From the human T2T-CHM13v2.0 reference genome, Homo sapiens, in the NCBI RefSeq assembly GCF_009914755.1, contig NC_060926.1: a stretch of 64,000 nt of DNA. One strand, given 5' to 3'. Each line of letters opens with the position of its first letter. Within the stretch, counting starts at the first letter, position 1. Positions 53,628 to 64,000 of this stretch are shown here, piece after piece. Below the pieces are notes generated by a model that was not told the DNA's origin, ran no database searches, and was given only the letters and a program-made list of their open reading frames with translations. The translations under genes and the position numbers were made by a program.

Positions 53628-54658
53628 CAGCTACATTGGAGTAAGAAAATGACATCAGATGGTAACATGATCCACAGGAAAAAGAAAGAAAAACAAAAAT
53701 GGTAAGAGGTTGATATATTTTGTACAGACTCTATGAATATATTTTTGTTCTCTCTTCTATTAGTTTCTTTAAAAGACAGAAAATGATATAAAAATATAAT
53801 TATTGGGCCTATGACAAACATAGATGTAATATGTACAACAATAATAGTACAACAAATAGAGCAGGGAATAAAACTACTAAGGAGTAATGTTTTTATATCT
53901 TACTGGAACTAAATTAGTATAAATCTTAAATTGATTCTGATATATTAAGATGTATATTATAAGGCCTAGATCAGCTACTAAAAAATAACAGAAGAAAATA
54001 GAATTAAAAATCAATAAGAAATTAAAAGGTATGACTGACAATATACACTTAAAGGGAAGTAGTAAAGAAGTCACAGAAGAACAAAGTACTCTGATATAAA
54101 TAGAAAACAAAAAGCAAAATGGAATTTGTAGATTTAACCATACCAACGACATTAAATGCAAATGGTTTAAATAATCAATACCAGATAGAACAAATAAGCA
54201 GAAAATCAACAGTGATATAAGAGACTTGAACAACCCTATAGAACAACTAGACCAAAGATGTGTGTATGTATGTATGTGTATGTGTATGTGTGTATATATA
54301 TGCATATCTATCTTATCTCCCTATGGAACATTAACAATGATACCATATGCTCAGCCATAAAACAAAACAAAATATATTTAAAGGAATTTAGTTCATGCAA
54401 AATATATTCTCTAACCACAACAGAATCAAATTAGAAATCAAAAACAGAAAGAATTTTGGGAAGTTCATAAATAAGTGGAAATTATGCGATGAACTCCTAA
54501 ATAACAAATGAGTCAAAGAATAAATTACATGAAAAATTATAAAGTCCTTTGAGATGAATAAAAACAAAACCACAACATACCAAAACATATGTGATGCAGA
54601 TAAAACACTGCTTGGAGAAAAGCTGTGCTTATAAACACCTACGTAAAAAAGAAGAAAA

Positions 54659-55017
<359 letters not shown>

Positions 55018-57479
55018 CTAGAAAAAGAAGGGCAATCTAAACTGAAAACAAACAGAAGAAAGGACAAAATAAATATTGAGCAAAAGGTAATAAAATAGAA
55101 AATAGAAAAACATTTTAAATAATCAATGCAACAAAAAGTTGGTTCTTTGAGAAAATCAATAAAATGAACAGACCTATTGCTCTACTAACCAAGAGTAAAA
55201 GAGAGAAGATTCAAATTGCTAAAACCAATAATAAGAAGGCATCACTACCAACCTTACAGAAATAAAAAGCATGTATTTTAAGGGAATATTATGTATTACT
55301 GTATGCCAAAAAATTAGACAACCTAGATGAAATAGACAAATTCCTAGAAAGACACAAACTACTGAATCTAAGCCAATAATAAAAAGAAAGTTTGAATAGA
55401 CTTATAATAAGAAAAGAGATTAGTAATTGTAAAACTTTCCACAAAGAAGAATCCAGCTCCAAATGTCTTCATTGGTAAATCCTATCAAACACTTAAAGAA
55501 TTAACAGAAACCTTTCCCTTCACAAACGCCTCTCAAAAATATAAGAACAGGTGACACTTTCCAGCTCATTGTGAAGCCAGTATTACCCTAATACCAAACC
55601 CAAAGACATCACAATAAAAGAAAATTATAGACCAATATCTCTTATGCATATAAACACAAAAATTCTCAACACAATACTAGCAAGCTAAATCCAGTAAGAT
55701 ATAAAAGTGAGTTTTACCTCAGGAATACAGGTTGGTTTAACACATGAAAACTAATTAATGCAAAAGCCATATTAATAAAATAAAGGACAAAAATCACATG
55801 ATCACTTTAATGGAGGTATAAAAAATAAAGATGCAAAACTCCTCAACAGAATACTGGCAAAAACAACCCAGCAACATATTAAAGAGATTACACAGCATGA
55901 CCAAGTAGGATTTGTTGAAGAATGCAAGGTTGGTTCAACATACATATGAAAAATCAATGCAATAAACCATATTAATGGAAAACTGACAACTATTACATTA
56001 TTATCTCAGTAGATACAGAAAAAGCACTTGACAAAATCCAACATCGCTTCATGATACAAACACTCAAACAAACTAGGAATTGACAAACGCTTCCTCAGCA
56101 TGACAAAGGGCATCTATGAAAAACCTACAGCTTACATCATACTCAGTGGTGAAAGACAGAATGCTTTTCCCCGGAGATAAGAAAAAAGACAAGGACATCT
56201 ACTGTCACACTGATAATCAACTTTGTACTGGAGATTCTTGACAGGGCAAGCACTTAAGAGAAAGAATAAAAAGCACTGAGATTGAAAGGGAAAAAATTAA
56301 ATTATTTCTATTTGTAGATGACATGATCATGCACATAGATAACGTTGAGGGATCCATTAAAACACTATTATAACTAAAGTTTGCAAGGTTTCAGGATTTA
56401 AGACCAATACAAAAATAAAACCAATTGTATTTCTACATACTAGCAATGAACAATCCACAGACAAAATTAAGAAAACAAACAACTGCATTTAAAATACTAT
56501 CCAAAAGAACAAAATAGGAGTAAGTTTAACCAAGGAGGTAGAACACTTGTACACTGAAAATAACAACGTTGAAAAAAAATTAAAGAAGACATAAATAGAT
56601 GGAAAGATATCCTGTGTTCATAAATCAGAAGACAATATTATTAAATGGCAGTATTCCCCAAACTGATTTACAGAATCAATGCAACCTTTATCAAAATCTC
56701 AGCTGGATTTTGGGCAGAAAGTAACAAGCTGATCTGAAAATTTATGTGGAAATGCAAGGGACCTTGCAAAGTCAAAATAATCTTGAAAAATAACAAAGAT
56801 GGAGCATTCACACTTTCCATTTTCAAAACTTACTACAAAGCTACAGTAATCAGGACTGTACTGTACTGGCATATTGGTAGACATATAGTTCAACAGAAAT
56901 AAACACATACTCTTATGGCCAATTGATTTTCAATGAGGGTGTCAAGACAACTCAATGGAGGGATATCATCTTTTCAACAAACCGGGCTGGAACAAGTAGA
57001 CATCGACATGCAAAAAATAATGTGTACTCTTACCTCACACTGGTTACATAAAAATTACCCCAAAATGGCTCATAGATCTAAATTGTAAGTGCTAAAACTA
57101 TAAAGCTCTTAGAGGAAAACAGGAGTAAGCCTGTCATTTTAGGTTAGGCAATAATTACTCAGATGTGACATCAAATGCATCAAAAGAGAAGATAGGTAAG
57201 TTTGACTTCAACATTATAAGATTTTAATTCAAAGGACTCTCAAGAAACTGTAAAGACAACAGACTAGGGAAAATACTTGTATATCATCTATCTGATACAG
57301 GATTGGTATGCAGAACATGGAAAGAATTCTTATAACTCAATAATAAAAAGATATCCCATTTAAAAACAGACAAAGGATTTGAACATAACTTGCACAAAGA
57401 AGGCAAACTTACACAAAGAAGGCATAAAGTAGGCAAATGAATGGCTAATAAGTGCATGAAAAGATGCTCAACCCTCTTA

Positions 57480-57900
<421 letters not shown>

Positions 57901-58104
57901 TCATTCATTGCTGGTGGAAATGTAAAATGTAGCAGGTACTTTGGAAAAGCTTGGCAGTGCCTCAAAATGTGAAACGTAAAATTACCATTCAGCCCAGCAA
58001 TTACATTCCTAGATATCTACCTCAGGGAAATAAAAACATATGTCCATGAAAGATTCTGAGAAAACGTTAGTATAGAAAGCACCAGGAATCTGTTTCCCCA
58101 CTGT

Positions 58105-58132
58105 TTCTGCTAGTGCAATTGCACTAGCAGAA
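58105..58132. repeat. Perfect 28-bp palindrome with no spacer
   Basis: ttctgctagtgcaa|ttgcactagcagaa. Confidence 0.96.
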
Positions 58133-60026
58133 TCTGTCTGATGTAATTATTTTGAAACTCTGGAGTCAACTGAAGGCTTGCAACTTCCAAGGGAAGGACT
58201 GGGGGGTACATTGTGGTTAATTTCTGCCCATTTCTGCTCTTAGCACAGTAGCATCCACCCATCCCCCCACTTCTCCATGCATGTGTTCCAGGAGCAGCTT
58301 GTATGCAGCTTGCAGAAGCCAGTGTAAGCAAAAGGGACCCTGTCCTCCAAACACTAGGGATCTGTCCTCTGGCTGTTGCTTCTGATAACAGAGGTGCAGA
58401 CAAAGAGGTGGCAGCCATTGTTGTTGCACCTCTCCCCATTGTTACAAGACTCCCTCCAGCCCCAGGTGACTCCCTGCAGATTTAATGGGCTGGTACCCTT
58501 TTTCTTCCTTCACTTTTCTTGTTTCTCATTCTCGGAGCCAGATATCAAAGACTAGGTCACTCAAAAGCAACTACATAAGGGGAGATTAGAAAGTCACCAT
58601 GCATGCCTGCAAAAAGGCTCAGTCTCAGGAAAGATCTGGGAAGGCCTTAAGTTTATACTTCAGGCTGATCATCAGCACTAAGACTGCCTGCAACAATTAA
58701 AACAAACAAACAAAACCCAAAAATCCAAACCAGCAAACCCTGGGAAAAGGACAGAAGCTAATTTCCAGAGTTACCATACTATTAGACTCAAATATCCAGT
58801 TTTCCACAACAAAAAATCACAAGGCATACAAAGGAACAGGAAAGTATGGACCATCAAAGGAAAAAAACCAACAGAAATGATCTCCGAAAGACACCTGATG
58901 ATGGATCTACTAGACAAAGACTTTAAAACAGCTATCTTAAAAATGTTCACCAAACTAAAGGGAGATGTGGAGAAAATCAAGAAAATGATGTCCAAACAAA
59001 ATTGAAATATCACTGAAGAGATTTTAAAATCTTGAAACCAAAAAGAAATCTGGGAGGTGAAAAGAACAATAACTGAAATGAAAAATTCACTAGAGGAATT
59101 CAAAGGCAGATATGAGCAGGCAGAAGAAGAATCTGCAAACTTGAAGATATAACAATGGAAATTATCAAGTCTAAGGAACAGAAAAAAAGATTTGAAGAAA
59201 AGTGAACAGAAAATAGGGGATCTGTGAGACACCATGAAGTGGACCAACATACACATTGTAAGAGTTCCAGAAAGAGAAGAGAGAGAGAAATGGGAGGAAG
59301 AATATTTGAGAAAATAATGGCTGCAAACTTTCCAAATTTGATGAAATATACATTATATATTTCTACATTTATATGTTTATACATACATATATCTATATAT
59401 ACATTTTACATTTATACATTTATTCATTTATGTGTTTATACATACACACACATATGTTTATGTGTGTGTATGTATAAAACATCCATTTAGCTCAATGAAA
59501 TCCAAGTAGGATGAACTTAAGCCCACAACAAGACACATTATAATCAAACTGTTGAAAGCCAAAGACAGAAAATCTTGAAAGCAGCAAGAGAGATGTGACT
59601 TGTGACATACAACAGATCTGCAATAAGATTATCAGTAGATTTTTCATCAGAAACTTTGGAAGCCAGAAGGTAGTAGGCTGATATGTTCAAAGTGTGAAAA
59701 GAAAAAAATGTCAAGCATGAGTCCTATAACTGGCAAAAGTATCCTTGAAAAGTGAGGGAGAAATTAAGACATTCCCAAATAAATAAAAGCTGAGGGAGTC
59801 TGTTACTACTAGAGCTGTTCTGCAAGAAATGCTAAAAAGAGTCCTGCAGGTTGAAATGAAAGGACACTAGATATTAACTTGAAGGCATATAAAGAAATAA
59901 AGATCTCAATAAAAGTAAATACACGGGAATTATTAAAGCTACTCTTATTGTAAAAATGGTTTGTAACTCCATTGTTTTGTATTTTACGTGATTTAAGAGA
60001 CTAGCACTTTTTTAAAAAAAGAGGTA

Positions 60027-60242
60027 CAGGCTTTTAAAACCAACTTATGATGGTTCAATTTATGATTTTTGACTTTACAATGGTGCAAAAGTAATACCCA
60101 GTCAATAGAAACCATCCGTCTCTTGCAATGCTGGGCAGTGGCACCAAGTCTCCAGTCAGCTGTGCATTTTCAACTTAATGACATTTTCAATTTATGATGG
60201 GTATATCAGGACATAACCCCATCGTAAGTCAAGAAGCACCTG
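60027..60242 (-). mobile_element. MER47/Tigger5-type DNA transposon remnant
   Basis: gcattttcaactt..tgacattttcaatttatgatggg...ataaccccatcgtaagtcaagaagcacctg. Confidence 0.7.
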
Positions 60243-60963
60243 GAATTATTAGTCTCAAAACTAGATTCCACCTATATGAGGTACTCAGAGTAGTCAAAAT
60301 CGTAGCATCAGAAAGTAAAATGGTGACTGCCAGGGGCTGAGGGAGAAGGGATTAGGAAGTTACTTTTTAATGCGTAGTGTTTCCATTTTGCAAGACCCCA
60401 AAAAGAGTTCTGGGGGTGGACAGTGATGATGACTGCACAACAATCTGAACGCACTTAATACCACTTAAAATGATTAAGATGGTAAGTTTTATGTTATGTG
60501 CATTTTACCACAACTAAAACGTGCACAAAAAAACCTGTACACCAATGTTCATAGCAGCATTATTTATATAATAATCAAAAAGTAGAAATAACCCAAATAT
60601 CCATCTCTGGATAGATAGAATAAAAAACATGTTACATATATGTAATGAAATATTATCCATCAAGAAAAAGGAATAAAGTAATGATATATGCTACAATCTG
60701 GATGAATCTTGAACACATTAACCTAAGTGAAAGAAGGCAGCTACAAAAGGCCACATACTGCATGATTCCACTTACACGAAATGTCCAGACTAGGCAAATC
60801 CACAGAGACACAGAGTAGATTAGTGGTTGCAAAGAGGTGGGGAGAGGGATGCTGGGGAAACACAGGTAGAATGGGAGTGACTGCTAATGGGCACAAGGTT
60901 TCTTTCTGGGGAAATGGAAATGTTCTAAAATTAGATTGTGTTCCTTGGTGCACAACTCTTTAA

Positions 60964-61296
<333 letters not shown>

Positions 61297-62235
61297 TAAA
61301 CAGGTGAACTTTATGATATGTAAATAATATGTCATCAAAGCTGCGGAAAAAGGATGAAATAAAGACATTTTCAGAAAAGAAAAGTTGATACAATTTGTTT
61401 CCAGCAAACTCACACTGAAACAACTGTTACAGGAAGAGGGATGCAATCTCATGGAGAAGACTGGAGGTGCAGGCAGGAATAGGGGAAAACACAAACGTGG
61501 ACAGACACAAACGTCAACAAGAGGAGGTGGTGGGCTGGACTCCAACCCAAGCCCTGTGCACACCAGCAGAATGCGTGCCTCAGCCCTGCTCTCCCTCCAC
61601 CAATAGCACTCCGTTTCCTTCCAGCTTGGAGCCTTTGCAGATGTTGTTCCTTCTGCTTGAACTTGATGTTCCCTGCACATTCCACTTTGGTCTTACTCCT
61701 ACTCATCCTTCAGATTTCAGCTTTCATTCCACTTCCGCAGGAAGACCAATCTGTCCCTTCAGGATGTGTCAAGACCTCCCGCGACATACTATGGGAGACC
61801 CTGTGCCTTTTGTTCACAAAACTTACCCATTTTACATGTATACATGTTTGTGTGATTCTTTGATCCATTTCCCCTTTACAGATTCACGCCTGGTTACATT
61901 CCCCATACTTTTAATCAATTTTTCCCTTTCCTGGGGAAAAAGATGAAAATAAATTATGACTTAACTATTGTTCTCTAGTGAGTCATGCCAAGATCTGCCT
62001 GTACCTTTTTTTAGAAAAATAAGTTTCACATTACTGAAGCAAATGGAATGTGAAATGCTTGCAGAGTTCCTGTGAGAAATCTCTGTTCAAAAATTGTGCC
62101 AGCTTGCTGCTTAATGATATTATTATCCTCAAAAGCAGAGGGACTTGACAGCTGTACCCACACCAAAGAGGCGTCAAGACCGGACCTCACTGCAGCCAAC
62201 CCTTTCTCCCTGAAGGTGTCAAGAGGACTTTCTGC

Positions 62236-62520
<285 letters not shown>

Positions 62521-62910
62521 TGACATATAAGAGAAAAGAAAGCAAAGAAATCTCATAATCAAAGGGCTGAAACTAGAGAATATTCAGATGCTAAATGACA
62601 GAGCTCTAAGTAAAGCAAGAAGGGCGAGTAAAGGAACTTGGCTGGTCAGATTTGAAGTATCTTATTGCCCTGTAGTTACTGTTTGTCTGATGTTTAAAAA
62701 CTAAAGTAAGGCGTGGCCTAGAGAAAGCCCCTTTCTTGCTAAGTAGGTAAAACTGGAAGACTAACTCCATGAGGAGAGATAACATGTCACCAGCATAGAA
62801 CAGCTGCATGGTAGTGCTCAATAAATATTGTTAAATGAATGAATGAATGAATGAGCAAATGATCCAGAGGCACTTAGCAGTAACACCTGATAGATGAAAC
62901 AATCACTTCT

Positions 62911-63218
62911 TTTTTTTTTTTTTTTTTTTTTGAGACAGAGTTTCACTCTTGATGCCCAGGCTGGAGTACAATGGCATGATCTTGGCTCACTGCAACCTCC
63001 TCCTCCTGGGTTCAAGTGATTCTCCTGCCTCAGCCTCCTGAGTAGCCGGGATTACAGGCACGCACCACCACGCAGGCTAATTTTTTGTATTTTTTTTTTA
63101 ATTAGAGACAGGGTTTCACCATGTTGGCCAGGCTGGTCTCGAACTCCTGACCTCAGGTGATCCCCCGCCTCAGCCTCCCAAAGTGCTGGGATTACAGGTG
63201 TGAGCCACCGTGACCAGC
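62911..63218 (-). mobile_element. AluS (Sq/Sp-like)
   Basis: Poly(T) followed by a reverse dimer; TSD aatcacttct. Confidence 0.94.
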
Positions 63219-64000
63219 AGAATCACTTCTTAATGATCACCCAACACATTAATGCCTCAAGGACAGACTTCTTTCAAAATCTATGACTCAGCTAGACAAT
63301 GTCACATTTCTTTAGCCTGAGTTCTTCTTGCCTAGTGTCTTCCTATAAACATCATCTACCCTATAGCCACACAGAGCTGAAGTCTGCTGGGCTTTGCAGA
63401 CCCCTCGGTTTGGGAGTAAAGGAATATAGAAGCAGAGGAGGCCCCTGCTTAGAGGCCTGGTTTACTTCCCCAGGCTTCCCCTCAGCCGTGGGCAGGGCAG
63501 GGACAGTGAGGGCATCTAGAGAGAATGGCAGGCCACAACTTGCTGGGCTGCTTCTTTGCAAGAAAATACCATAGCTTCATTCCAACACTCAGTCAGCCAT
63601 GAGATAAACAGCATAGTTTATAAGCATATAAATAGTATCTTATATAAACTACACTATTTTTTAGAAACTACCTACATAACAGTTGATTTAGTGGTATTCA
63701 GAGTCCCTATAAATGGACAAATTAACTAACTTAGCTAGGCATGCATACAGCTATCCAACACAGTGTATACTCTATATATGCACACATGAGCCTATGTTCA
63801 CATGGGCCACCTAAGCCTGCACGAACACCCCTGAATACAATTCATGTCTTAGACTGCAAAGCATGACAGCTTTCATAACAGCGACCTGTTTACACATTCA
63901 TTGAGGTGAATGTTTTCATATGAGATTTGAAAAACATTAGTTTAGACATTTTCAGGTCATTAGACTAAAAAAAAAACTATCAGAGACTTTTACAAAACCA

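Noticed and set aside
53294-53821. 175-aa minus-strand ORF
   Set aside because: It spans an LTR/L1 junction in antisense and has no recognisable protein features.

Overview
Human (primate) genomic DNA containing the middle of CRACDL (KIAA1211L/C2orf55, paralog of CRACD/KIAA1211) on the minus strand. Six coding exons (43236-43167, 34725-34557, 29437-29302, 28952-28788, 23609-23415, 19976-18296) splice in frame into 805 codons + 1 nt starting MISTRVMDIKLREAAEG. The promoter/first exon and the last exons were not found in the window. One intron has a non-canonical GC donor, and the 1.7-kb exon lies in an intragenic CpG island. The rest is intronic and repeat-rich (about 19 Alus, large decayed L1M blocks, L2/MIR, MER82, MER20, MER3, MER5, MER30, Tigger4a, MER47, MADE1, MLT1 and a solo LTR). 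I found no new gene system. The most unusual signal is a set of five locally templated rearrangement scars inside old L1 remnants: a 169-bp 97%-identical inverted duplication around an Alu with nested micro-repeats, a perfect 22-bp hairpin, a perfect 28-bp palindrome, a hairpin-plus-direct-repeat patch, and an old 220-bp dispersed duplication bracketing the start-codon exon. Repeat family names and boundaries were assigned by eye from remembered consensus sequences and are approximate.
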